A DNA stretch of 64,000 nucleotides from the human T2T-CHM13v2.0 reference genome, Homo sapiens. Each line of letters starts with the position of its first letter. Positions within the stretch are counted from its first letter, which is position 1. Location of the stretch: assembly GCF_009914755.1 (NCBI RefSeq), contig NC_060941.1. One strand, given 5' to 3'. The translations under genes were made by a program, and so were the position numbers. The notes under the pieces were generated by a model. It saw only the letters and a list, made by a program, of their open reading frames with translations, searched no databases and was not told the origin of the DNA. Positions 11,019 through 25,000 of this stretch are shown here, piece after piece.

Positions 11019-13052
11019 GAATTCGTTGGAAACGGGATAATTTCAGCTGACTAAACAGAAGCAGTCTCAGAATCTTCTTTGTGATGTTTGCATTCAAATC
11101 CCAGAGTTGAACTTTCCTTTCAAAGTTCACGTTTGAAACACTCTTTTTGCAGGATCTACAAGTGGATATTTGGACCACTCTGTGTCCTTCGTTTGAAACG
11201 GGTATATCTTCACATGACATCTAGACAGAAGCATTCTCAGAAGCTTCTCTGTGATGACTGCATTCAACTCACGGAGTTGAACACTCCTTTTGAGAGCGCA
11301 GTTTTGAAACTCTCTTTCTGTGGCATCTGCAAGGGGACATGTAGACCTCTTTGAAGATTTCGTTGGAAACGGAATCATCTTCACATAAAAACTATACAGA
11401 TGCATTCTCAGGAACTTTTTGGTGATGTTTGTATTCAACTCCCAGAGTTGAACTTTCCTTTGGAAAGAGCAGCTATGAAACACTCTTTTTCTAGAATCTG
11501 CAAGTGGACGTTTGGAGGGCTTTGTGGTTTGTGGTGGAAAAGGAAATATCTTCACCTAAATACTAGATACAAGCATTCTCAGAAACTGCTTTGTGATGAT
11601 TGCATTCACCTCACAGAGTTGAACATTCCTATTGATAGAGCAGTTTGGAAACACTCTTGTTGTGGAATGTGCAAGTGGAGATTTGGAGCGCTTTGAGGCC
11701 TATGGTAGTAAAGGGAATAGCTTCATAGAAAAACTAGACAGAAGCATTCTCAGAAAATACTTTGTGATGATTGAGTTTAACTCACAGAGCTGAACATTCC
11801 TTTGGATGGAGCAGGTTTGAGACACACTTTTTGTAGAATCTACAAGTGGATATTTGGACCTCTCTGAGGATTTCGTTGGAAACGCGATAACTGCACCTAA
11901 CTAAACGGAAGCATTCTCAGAAACTTCTTGGTGATGTTTGCATTCAAATCCCAGAGTTGAACCTTCCTGTGATAGTTCAGGTTTGAAACACTCTTTTTGT
12001 AGGATCTGCAAGTGGATATTTGGACCTCTTTGAAGATTTCGTTGGAAACGGGAGAATCTTCACAGAAAAGCTAAACAGAAGCATTCTCAGAAACTTCTTT
12101 GTGATGCTTGCATTCAACTCACAGAGTTGAACTTTCCTTTCGAGAGAGAAGCTTTGAAACACTCTTTTTCCAGAATCTGCAAGTGGACATTTGGAGGGCT
12201 TTGAGGCCTGTGGTGGAAAAGGAATTAACTTCCCGTAAAAGCTAGATAGAAGCATTCTCAGAAACTACTTTGTGATGATTGCATTCAAGTCACAGAGTTG
12301 AACATTCCCTTTGACAGAGCAGTTTGGAAACTCTCTTTGTGTAGAATCTGCAAGTGGAGATATGGACCGCTTTGAAGCCTATGGTAGTAAAGGAAATAGC
12401 TTCATATAAAAGCTAGACAGTAGCATTCACAGAAAACTCTTGGTGACGACTGAGTTTAACCCACAGAGCTGAACATTCCTTTGGATGGAGCAGTTTCGAA
12501 ACACACTATTTGTAGAATGTGCAAGTGGATATTTGGGCCTCTCTGAGGATTTTGTTGGAAACGGGATAAACTGCCCAGAACTAAACAGAAGCATTCTCAG
12601 AACCTTCTTCGTGATGTTTGCATTCAACTCACAGTGTTGAACCTTTCTTTGATAGTTCAGGTTTGAAACGGTCTTTCTGTAGAAACTGCAAGTAGATATT
12701 TGGACCTCTCTGAGGATTTCGTTGGAAACGGGATAAACCGCACAGAACTAAACAGAAGCATTCTCAGAACCTTCTTCGTGATGTCTGCATTCAACTCACA
12801 GTGTGGAACCTTTCTTTGATAGTTCAGGTTTGAAACACTCTTTTTGTAGAAACTGCAAGGGGATAATTGCACTTCTTTGAGGCCTACCGTAGTAAAGGAA
12901 ATAACTTCCTATTGAAAGAAGACAGAAGCTTTCTCAGAAAATTCTTTGGGATGATTGAGTGGAACTCACAGAGCTGAACATTCCTTGCGATGTAGCAGTT
13001 TAGAAACACACTTTCTGCAGAATCTGCAAGTGCATATTTGGACCTCTCTGAG
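11019..13052 (+). repeat. HOR unit 5: 12-mer, G/J hybrid plus delta-O (2,034 bp)
   Basis: 681 bp shorter = 513 (crossover within 12004-12026) + 168 (within 12705-12752). Confidence 0.9.
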
Positions 13053-16000
13053 GAATTCGTTGGAAACGGGATAATTTCAGCTGACTAAACAGAAGCAGTC
13101 TCAGAATCTTCTTTGTGATGTTTGCATTCAAATCCCAGAGTTGAACTTTCCTTTCAAAGTTCACGTTTGAAACACTCTTTTTGCAGGATCTACAAGTGGA
13201 TATTTGGACCACTCTGTGTCCTTCGTTCGAAACGGGTATATCTTCACATGACATCTAGACAGAAGCATTCTCAGAAGCTTCTCTGTGATGACTGCATTCA
13301 ACTCACGGAGTTGAACACTCCTTTTGAGAGCGCAGTTTTGAAACTCTCTTTCTGTGGCATCTGCAAGGGGACATGTAGACCTCTTTGAAGATTTCGTTGG
13401 AAACGGAATCATCTTCACATAAAAACTATACAGATGCATTCTCAGGAACTTTTTGGTGATGTTTGTATTCAACTCCCAGAGTTGAACTTTCCTTTGGAAA
13501 GAGCAGCTATGAAACACTCTTTTTCTAGAATCTGCAAGTGGACGTTTGGAGGGCTTTGTGGTTTGTGGTGGAAAAGGAAATATCTTCACCTAAATACTAG
13601 ATAGAAGCATTCTCAGAAACTGCTTTGTGATGATTGCATTCACCTCACAGAGTTGAACATTCCTATTGATAGAGCAGTTTGGAAACACTCTTGTTGTGGA
13701 ATGTGCAAGTGGAGATTTGGAGCGCTTTGAGGCCTATGGTAGTAAAGGGAATAGCTTCATAGAAAAACTAGACAGAAGCATTCTCAGAAAATACTTTGTG
13801 ATGATTGAGTTTAACTCACAGAGCTGAACATTCCTTTGGATGGAGCAGGTTTGAGACACACTTTTTGTAGAATCTACAAGTGGATATTTGGACCTCTCTG
13901 AGGATTTCGTTGGAAACGCGATAACTGCACCTAACTAAACGGAAGCATTCTCAGAAACTTCTTGGTGATGTTTGCATTCAAATCCCAGAGTTGAACCTTC
14001 CTGTGATAGTTCAGGTTTGAAACACTCTTTTTGTAGGATCTGCAAGTGGATATTTGGACCACTCTGTGGCCTTCGTTCCAAACGGGTACATCTTCACATA
14101 AAATCTAGACAGAAGCCTTCTCAGAAACTTCTCTGTGATGATTGCATTCAACTCACAGATTTGAACCCTCCTATGGATAGAGCATTGTTGAAACTCTCTT
14201 TTTGTGGAATCTGCAAGTGGATATGTGGACCTCTCCGAAGATGTCTTTGGAAACGGGAATATCTTCACATAAAAACTAAACAGAAGCATTCTCACAAACT
14301 TCTCTGTGATGTTTGTGTTCAACTCCCAGAGTTTCACATTGCTTTTCATAGAGTAGTTCTGAAACATGCTTTTCGTAGTGTCTGCAAGTGGACATTTGGA
14401 GCGCTTTCAGGCCTGTGGTGGAAAACGAATTATGGTCCCATAAAAACTGGAGAGAAGCATTGTCAGAAACTTCTTTGTGATGATTGCATTCAACTCACAG
14501 AGATGAAGGTTCCTTTACAAACAGCAGTTTCCAAACACTCTTTCTGTGGAATCTGCAAGTGGATATTTGGACCTCTTTGAAGATTTCGTTGGAAACGGGA
14601 GAATCTTCACAGAAAAGCTAAACAGAAGCATTCTCAGAAACTTCTTTGTGATGCTTGCATTCAACTCACAGAGTTGAACTTTCCTTTCGAGAGAGAAGCT
14701 TTGAAACACTCTTTTTCCAGAATCTGCAAGTGGACATTTGGAGGGCTTTGAGGCCTGTGGTGGAAAAGGAATTAACTTCCCGTAAAAGCTAGATAGAAGC
14801 ATTCTCAGAAACTACTTTGTGATGATTGCATTCAAGTCACAGAGTTGAACATTCTCTTTGACAGAGCAGTTTGGAAACTCTCTTTGTGTAGAATCTGCAA
14901 GTGGAGATATGGACCGCTTTGAGGCCTATGGTAGTAAAGGAAATAGCTTCATATAAAAGCTAGACAGTAGCATTCACAGAAAACTCTTGGTGACGACTGA
15001 GTTTAACTCACAGAGCTGAACATTCCTTTGGATGGAGCAGTTTCGAAACACACTATTTGTAGAATGTGCAAGTGGATATTTGGGCCTCTCTGAGGATTTC
15101 GTTGGAAACGGGATAAACCGCACAGAACTAAACAGAAGCATTCTCAGAACCTTCTTCGTGATGTTCGCATTCAACTCACAGTGTTGAACCTTTCTTTGAT
15201 AGTTCAGGTTTGAAACGGTCTTTCTGTAGAAACTGCAAGTAGATCTTTGGACCTCTCTGAGGATTTCGTTGGAAACGGGATAACCCGCACAGAACTAAAA
15301 CAGAAGCATTCTCAGAACCCTCTTCGTGATGTTTGCATTCAACTCACAGTGCTGAACCTTTCTTTGATAGTTCAGCTTTGAAACACTCTTCTTGTAGAAA
15401 CTGCAAGTGGATATTTGGTCCTCTCTGAGGATTTCGTTGGAAACGGGATAAACCGCACAGAACTAAACAGAAGCGTTCTCAAAACCATCTTCGTGATGTC
15501 TGCATTCAACTCACAGTGTGGAACCTTTCTTTGATAGTTCAGGTTTCAAACACTCTTTTTGTAGAAACTGCAAGGGGATAATTGCACTTCTTTGAGGCCT
15601 ACCGTAGTAAAGGAAATAACTTCCTATAGAAAGAAGACAGAAGCTTTCTCAGAAAATTCTTTGGGATGATTGAGTGGAACTCACAGAGCTGAACATTCCT
15701 TGCGATGTAGCAGTTTAGAAACACACTTTCTGCAGAATCTGCAAGTGCATATTTGGACCTCTCCGAGTAATTCGTTGGAAACGGGATAATTTCAGCTGAC
15801 TAAAAAGAAGCAGTCTCAGAATCTTCTTTGTGGTGTTTGCATTCAAATCCCAGAGTTGAACTTTCCTTTCAAAGTTCACGTTTGAAACACTCTTTTTGCA
15901 GGATCTACAAGTGGATATTTGGACCACTCTGTGTCCTTCGTTCGAAACGGGTATATCTTCACATGACATCTCGACAGAAGCATTCTCAGAAGCTTCTCTG

Positions 16001-19000
16001 TGATGACTGCATTCAACTCACGGAGTTGATCACTCCTTTTGAGAGCGCAGTTTTGAAACTCTCTTTCTGTGGCATCTGCAAGGGGACATGTAGACCTCTT
16101 TGAAGATTTCGTTGGAAACGGAATCATCTTCACATAAAAACTATACAGATGCATTCTCAGGAACTTTTTGGTGATGTTTGTATTCAACTCCCAGAGTTGA
16201 ACTTTCCTTTGGAAAGAGCAGCTATGAAACACTCTTTTTCTAGAATCTGCAAGTGGACGTTTGGAGGGCTTTGTGGTTTGTGGTGGAAAAGGAAATATCT
16301 TCACCTAAATACTAGATAGAAGCATTCTCAGAAACTGCTTTGTGATGATTGCATTCACCTCACAGAGTTGAACATTCCTATTGATAGAGCAGTTTGGAAA
16401 CACTCTTGTTGTGGAATGTGCAAGTGGAGATTTGGAGCGCTTTGAGGCCTATGGTAGTAAAGGGAATAGCTTCATAGAAAAACTAGACAGAAGCATTCTC
16501 AGAAAATACTTTGTGATGATTGAGTTTAACTCACAGAGCTGAACATTCCTTTGGATGGAGCAGGTTTGAGACACACTTTTTGTAGAATCTACAAGTGGAT
16601 ATTTGGACCTCTCTGAGGATTTCGTTGGAAACGCGATAACTGCACCTAACTAAACGGAAGCATTCTCAGAAACTTCTTGGTGATGTTTGCATTCAAATCC
16701 CAGAGTTGAACCTTCCTGTGATAGTTCAGGTTTGAAACACTCTTTTTGTAGGATCTGCAAGTGGATATTTGGACCACTCTGTGGCCTTCGTTCGAAACGG
16801 GTACATCTTCACATAAAATCTAGACAGAAGCCTTCTCAGAAACTTCTCTGTGATGATTGCATTCAACTCACAGATTTGAACCCTCCTATGGATAGAGCAT
16901 TGTTGAAACTCTCTTTTTGTGGAATCTGCAAGTGGATATGTGGACCTCTCCGAAGATGTCTTTGGAAACGGGAATATCTTCACATAAAAACTAAACAGAA
17001 GCATTCTCAGAAACTTCTCTGTGATGTTTGTGTTCAACTCCCAGAGTTTCACGTTGCTTTTCATAGAGTAGTTCTGAAACATGCTTTTCGTAGTGTCTGC
17101 AAGTGGACATTTGGAGCGCTTTCAGGCCTGTGGTGCAAAACGAATTATGGTCCCATAAAAACTGGAGAGAAGCATTGTCAGAAACTTCTTTGTGATGATT
17201 GCATTCAACTCACAGAGATGAAGGTTCCTTTTCAAACAGCAGTTTCCAAACAGTCTTTCTGTGGAATCTGCAAGTGGATATTTGGACCTCTTTGAAGATT
17301 TCGTTGGAAACGGGAGAATCTTCACAGAAAAGCTAAACAGAAACATTCTCAGAAACTTCTTTGTGATGCTTGCATTCAACTCACAGAGTTAAACTTTCCT
17401 TTCGAGAGAGAAGCTTTGAAACACTCTTTTTCCAGAATCTGCAAGTGGACATTTGGAGGGCTTTGAGGCCTGTGGTGGAAAAGGAATTAACTTCCCGTAA
17501 AAGCTAGATAGAAGCATTCTCAGAAACTACTTTGTGATGATTGCATTCAAGTCACAGAGTTGAACATTCCCTTTGACAGAGCAGTTTGGAAACTCTCTTT
17601 CTGTAGAATCTGCAAGTGGAGATATGGACCGCTTTGAGGCCTATGGTAGTAAAGGAAATAGCTTCATATAAAAGCTAGACAGTAGCATTCACAGAAAACT
17701 CTTGGTGACGACTGAGTTTAACTCACAGAGCTGAACATTCCTTTGGATGGAGCAGTTTCGAAACACACTATTTGTAGAATGTGCAAGTGGATATTTGGGC
17801 CTCTCTGAGGATTTCGTTGGAAACGGGATAAACCGCACAGAACTAAACAGAAGCATTCTCAGAACCTTCTTCGTGATGTTTGCATTCAACTCACAGTGTT
17901 GAACCTTTCTTTGATAGTTCAGGTTTGAAACGGTCTTTCTGTAGAAACTGCAAGAAGATATTTGGACCTCTCTGAGGATTTCGTTGGAAACGGGATAAAC
18001 CGCACAGAACTAAAACAGAAGCATTCTCAGAACCCTCTTCGTGATGTTTGCATTCAACTCACAGTGCTGAAACTTTCTTTGATAGTTCAGCTTTGAAACA
18101 CTCTTCTTGTAGAAACTGCAAGTGGATATTTGGTCCTCTCTGAGGATTTCGTTGGAAACGGGATAAACTGCACAGAACTAAACAGAAGCATTCTCAGAAC
18201 CTTCTTCGTGATGTCTGCATTCAACTCACAGTGTGGAACCTTTCTTTGATAGTTCAGGTTTGAAACACTCTTTTTGTAGAAACTGCAAGGGGATAATTGC
18301 ACTTCTTTGAGGCCTACCGTAGTAAAGGAAATAACTTCCTATAGAAAGAAGACAGAAGCTTTCTCAGAAAATTCTTTGGGATGATTGAGTGGAACTCACA
18401 GAGCTGAACATTCCTTGCGATGTAGCAGTTTAGAAACACACTTTCTGCAGAATCTGCAAGTGCATATTTGGACCTCTCTGAGGAATTCGTTGGAAACGGG
18501 ATAATTTCAGCTGACTAAACAGAAGCAGTCTCAGAATCTTCTTTGTGATGTTTGCATTCAAATCCCAGAGTTGAACTTTCCTTTCAAAGTTCACGTTTGA
18601 AACACTCTTTTTGCAGGATCTACAAGTGGATATTTGGACCACTCTGTGTCCTTCGTTCGAAACGGGTATATCTTCACATGACATCTAGACAGAAGCATTC
18701 TCAGAAGCTTCTCTGTGATGACTGCATTCAACTCACGGAGTTGAACACTCCTTTTGAGAGCGCAGTTTTGAAACTCTCTTTCTGTGGCATCTGCAAGGGG
18801 ACATGTAGACCTCTTTGAAGATTTCGTTGGAAACGGAATCATCTTCACATAAAAACTATACAGATGCATTCTCAGGAACTTTTTGGTGATGTTTGTATTC
18901 AACTCCCAGAGTTGAACTTTCATTTGGAAAGAGCAGCTATGAAACACTCTTTTTCTAGAATCTGCAAGTGGACGTTTGGAGGGCTTTGTGGTTTGTGGTG

Positions 19001-22000
19001 GAAAAGGAAATATCTTCACCTAAATACTAGATAGAAGCATTCTCAGAAACTGCTTTGTGATGATTGCATTCACCTCACAGAGTTGAACATTCCTATTGAT
19101 AGAGCAGTTTGGAAACACTCTTGTTGTGGAATGTGCAAGTGGAGATTTGGAGCGCTTTGAGGCCTATGGTAGTAAAGGGAATAGCTTCATAGAAAAACTA
19201 GACAGAAGCATTCTCAGAAAATACTTTGTGATGATTGAGTTTAACTCACAGAGCTGAACATTCCTTTGGATGGAGCAGGTTTGAGACACACTTTTTGTAG
19301 AATCTACAAGTGGATATTTGGACCTCTCTGAGGATTTCGTTGGAAACGCGATAACTGCACCTAACTAAACGGAAGCATTCTCAGAAACTTCTTGGTGATG
19401 TTTGCATTCAAATCCCAGAGTTGAACCTTCCTGTGATAGTTCAGGTTTGAAACACTCTTTTTGTAGGATCTGCAAGTGGATATTTGGACCACTCTGTGGC
19501 CTTCGTTCGAAACGGGTACATCTTCACATAAAATCTAGACAGAAGCCTTCTCAGAAACTTCTCTGTGATGATTGCATTCAACTCACAGATTTGAACCCTC
19601 CTATGGATAGAGCATTGTTGAAACTCTCTTTTTGTGGAATCTGCAAGTGGATATGTGGACCTCTCCGAAGATGTCTTTGGAAACGGGAATATCTTCACAT
19701 AAAAACTAAACAGAAGCATTCTCAGAAACTTCTCTGTGATGTTTGTGTTCAACTCCCAGAGTTTCACGTTGCTTTTCATAGAGTAGTTCTGAAACATGCT
19801 TTTCGTAGTGTCTGCAAGTGGACATTTGGAGCGCTTTCAGGCCTGTGGTGCAAAACGAATTATGGTCCCATAAAAACTGGAGAGAAGCATTGTCAGAAAC
19901 TTCTTTGTGATGATTGCATTCAACTCACAGAGATGAAGGTTCCTTTTCAAACAACAGTTTCCAAACAGTCTTTCTGTGGAATCTGCAAGTGGATATTTGG
20001 ACCTCTTTGAAGATTTCGTTGGAAACGGGAGAATCTTCACAGAAAAGCTAAACAGAAACATTCTCAGAAACTTCTTTGTGATGCTTGCATTCAACTCACA
20101 GAGTTGAACTTTCCTTTCGAGAGAGAAGCTTTGAAACACTCTTTTTCCAGAATCTGCAAGTGGACATTTGGAGGGCTTTGAGGCCTGTGGTGGAAAAGGA
20201 ATTAACTTCCCGTAAAAGCTAGATAGAAGCATTCTCAGAAACTACTTTGTGATGATTGCATTCAAGTCACAGAGTTGAACATTCCCTTTGACAGAGCAGT
20301 TTGGAAACTCTCTTTCTGTAGAATCTGCAAGTGGAGATATGGACCGCTTTCAGGCCTATGGTAGTAAAGGAAATAGCTTCATATAAAAGCTAGACAGTAG
20401 CATTCACAGAAAACTCTTGGTGACGACTGAGTTTAACTCACAGAGCTGAACATTCCTTTGGATGGAGCAGTTTCGAAACACACTATTTGTAGAATGTGCA
20501 AGTGGATATTTGGGCCTCTCTGAGGATTTCGTTGGAAACGGGATAAACCGCACAGAACTAAACAGAAGCATTCTCAGAACCTTCTTCGTGATGTTTGCAT
20601 TCAACTCACAGTGTTGAACCTTTCTTTGATAGTTCAGGTTTGAAACGGTCTTTCTGTAGAAACTGCAAGAAGATATTTGGACCTCTCTGAGGATTTCGTT
20701 GGAAACGGGATAAACCGCACAGAACTAAAACAGAAGCATTCTCAGAACCCTCTTCGTGATGTTTGCATTCAACTCACAGCGATGAAACTTTCTTTGATAG
20801 TTCAGCTTTGAAACACTCTTCTTGTAGAAACTGCAAGTGGATATTTGGTCCTCTCTGAGGATTTCGTTGGAAACGGGATAAACCGCACAGAACTAAACAG
20901 AAGCATTCTCAGAACCTTCTTCGTGATGTCTGCATTCAACTCACAGTGTGGAACCTTTCTTTGATAGTTCAGGTTTGAAACACTCTTTTTGTAGAAACTG
21001 CAAGGGGATAATTGCACTTCTTTGAGGCCTACCGTAGTAAAGGAAATAACTTCCTATAGAAAGAAGACAGAAGCTTTCTCAGAAAATTCTTTGGGTTGAT
21101 TGAGTGGAACTCACAGAGCTGAACATTCCTTGCGATGTAGCAGTTTAGAAACACACTTTCTGCAGAATCTGCAAGTGCATATTTGGACCTCTCTGAGGAA
21201 TTCGTTGGAAACGGGATAATTTCAGCTGACTAAACAGAAGCAGTCTCAGAATCTTCTTTGTGATGTTTGCATTCAAATCCCAGAGTTGAACTTTCCTTTC
21301 AAAGTTCACGTTTGAAACACTCTTTTTGCAGGATCTACAAGTGGATATTTGGACCACTCTGTGTCCTTCGTTCGAAACGGGTATATCTTCACATGACATC
21401 TAGACAGAAGCATTCTCAGAAGCTTCTCTGTGATGACTGCATTCAACTCACGGAGTTGAACACTCCTTTTGAGAGCGCAGTTTTGAAACTCTCTTTCTGT
21501 GGCATCTGCAAGGGGACATGTAGACCTCTTTGAAGATTTCGTTGGAAACGGAATCATCTTCACATAAAAACTATACAGATGCATTCTCAGGAACTTTTTG
21601 GTGATGTTTGTATTCAACTCCCAGAGTTGAACTTTCCTTTGGAAAGAGCAGCTATGAAACACTCTTTTTCTAGAATCTGCAAGTGGACGTTTGGAGGGCT
21701 TTGTGGTTTGTGGTGGAAAAGGAAATATCTTCACCTAAATACTAGATACAAGCATTCTCAGAAACTGCTTTGTGATGATTGCATTCACCTCACAGAGTTG
21801 AACATTCCTATTGACAGAGCAGTTTGGAAACACTCTTGTTGTGGAATGTGCAAGTGGAGATTTGGAGCGCTTTGAGGCCTATGGTAGTAAAGGGAATAGC
21901 TTCATAGAAAAACTAGACAGAAGCATTCTCAGAAAATACTTTGTGATGATTGAGTTTAACTCACAGAGCTGAACATTCCTTTGGATGGAGCAGGTTTGAG

Positions 22001-25000
22001 ACACACTTTTTGTAGAATCTACAAGTGGATATTTGGACCTCTCTGAGGATTTCGTTGGAAACGCGATAACTGCACCTAACTAAACGGAAGCATTCTCAGA
22101 AACTTCTTGGTGATGTTTGCATTCAAATCCCAGAGTTGAACCTTCCTGTGATAGTTCAGGTTTGAAACACTCTTTTTGTAGGATCTGCAAGTGGATATTT
22201 GGACCACTCTGTGGCCTTCGTTCGAAACGGGTACATCTTCACATAAAATCTAGACAGAAGCCTTCTCAGAAACTTCTCTGTGATGATTGCATTCAACTCA
22301 CAGATTTGAACCCTCCTATGGATAGAGCATTGTTGAAACTCTCTTTTTGTGGAATCTGCAAGTGGATATGTGGACCTCTCCGAAGATGTCTTTGGAAACG
22401 GGAATATCTTCACATAAAAACTAAACAGAAGCATTCTCAGAAACTTCTCTGTGATGTTTGTGTTCAACTCCCAGAGTTTCACATTGCTTTTCATAGAGTA
22501 GTTCTGAAACATGCTTTTCGTAGTGTCTGCAAGTGGACATTTGGAGCGCTTTCAGGCCTGTGGTGGAAAACAAATTATGGTCCCATAAAAACTGGAGAGA
22601 AGCATTGTCAGAAACTTCTTTGTGATGATTGCATTCAACTCACAGAGATGAAGGTTCCTTTACAAACAGCAGTTTCCAAACACTCTTTCTGTGGAATCTG
22701 CAAGTGGATATTTGGACCTCTTTGAAGATTTCGTTGGAAACGGGAGAATCTTCACAGAAAAGCTAAACAGAAGCATTCTCAGAAACTTCTTTGTGATGCT
22801 TGCATTCAACTCACAGAGTTGAACTTTCCTTTCGAGAGAGAAGCTTTGAAACACTCTTTTTCCAGAATCTGCAAGTGGACATTTGGAGGGCTTTGAGGCC
22901 TGTGGTGGAAAAGGAATTAACTTCCCGTAAAAGCTAGATAGAAGCATTCTCAGAAACTACTTTGTGATGATTGCATTCAAGTCACAGAGTTGAACATTCT
23001 CTTTGACAGAGCAGTTTGGAAACTCTCTTTGTGTAGAATCTGCAAGTGGAGATATGGACCGCTTTGAGGCCTATGGTAGTAAAGGAAATAGCTTCATATA
23101 AAAGCTAGACAGTAGCATTCACAGAAAACTCTTGGTGACGACTGAGTTTAACTCACAGAGCTGAACATTCCTTTGGATGGAGCAGTTTCGAAACACACTA
23201 TTTGTAGAATGTGCAAGTGGATATTTGGGCCTCTCTGAGGATTTCGTTGGAAACGGGATAAACCGCACAGAACTAAACAGAAGCATTCTCAGAACCTTCT
23301 TCGTGATGTTCGCATTCAACTCACAGTGTTGAACCTTTCTTTGATAGTTCAGGTTTGAAACGGTCTTTCTGTAGAAACTGCAAGTAGATCTTTGGACCTC
23401 TCTGAGGATTTCGTTGGAAACGGGATAACCCGCACAGAACTAAAACAGAAGCATTCTCAGAACCCTCTTCGTGATGTTTGCATTCAACTCACAGTGCTGA
23501 ACCTTTCTTTGATAGTTCAGCTTTGTAACACTCTTCTTGTAGAAACTGCAAGTGGATATTTGGTCCTCTCTGAGGATTTCGTTGGAAACGGGATAAACCG
23601 CACAGAACTAAACAGAAGCGTTCTCAAAACCATCTTCGTGATGTCTGCATTCAACTCACAGTGTGGAACCTTTCTTTGATAGTTCAGGTTTCAAACACTC
23701 TTTTTGTAGAAACTGCAAGGGGATAATTGCACTTCTTTGAGGCCTACCGTAGTAAAGGAAATAACTTCCTATAGAAAGAAGACAGAAGCTTTCTCAGAAA
23801 ATTCTTTGGGATGATTGAGTGGAACTCACAGAGCTGAACATTCCTTGCGATGTAGCAGTTTAGAAACACACTTTCTGCAGAATCTGCAAGTGCATATTTG
23901 GACCTCTCCGAGTAATTCGTTGGAAACGGGATAATTTCAGCTGACTAAAAAGAAGCAGTCTCAGAATCTTCTTTGTGGTGTTTGCATTCAAATCCCAGAG
24001 TTGAACTTTCCTTTCAAAGTTCACGTTTGAAACACTCTTTTTGCAGGATCTACAAGTGGATATTTGGACCACTCTGTGTCCTTCGTTCGAAACGGGTATA
24101 TCTTCACATGACATCTCGACAGAAGCATTCTCAGAAGCTTCTCTGTGATGACTGCATTCAACTCACGGAGTTGATCACTCCTTTTGAGAGCGCAGTTTTG
24201 AAACTCTCTTTCTGTGGCATCTGCAAGGGGACATGTAGACCTCTTTGAAGATTTCGTTGGAAACGGAATCATCTTCACATAAAAACTATACAGATGCATT
24301 CTCAGGAACTTTTTGGTGATGTTTGTATTCAACTCCCAGAGTTGAACTTTCCTTTGGAAAGAGCAGCTATGAAACACTCTTTTTCTAGAATCTGCAAGTG
24401 GACGTTTGGAGGGCTTTGTGGTTTGTGGTGGAAAAGGAAATATCTTCACCTAAATACTAGATAGAAGCATTCTCAGAAACTGCTTTGTGATGATTGCATT
24501 CACCTCACAGAGTTGAACATTCCTATTGATAGAGCAGTTTGGAAACACTCTTGTTGTGGAATGTGCAAGTGGAGATTTGGAGCGCTTTGAGGCCTATGGT
24601 AGTAAAGGGAATAGCTTCATAGAAAAACTAGACAGAAGCATTCTCAGAAAATACTTTGTGATGATTGAGTTTAACTCACAGAGCTGAACATTCCTTTGGA
24701 TGGAGCAGGTTTGAGACACACTTTTTGTAGAATCTACAAGTGGATATTGGGACCTCTCTGAGGATTTCGTTGGAAACGCGATAACTGCACCTAACTAAAC
24801 GGAAGCATTCTCAGAAACTTCTTGGTGATGTTTGCATTCAAATCCCAGAGTTGAACCTTCCTGTGATAGTTCAGGTTTGAAACACTCTTTTTGTAGGATC
24901 TGCAAGTGGATATTTGGACCACTCTGTGGCCTTCGTTCGAAACGGGTACATCTTCACATAAAATCTAGACAGAAGCCTTCTCAGAAACTTCTCTGTGATG

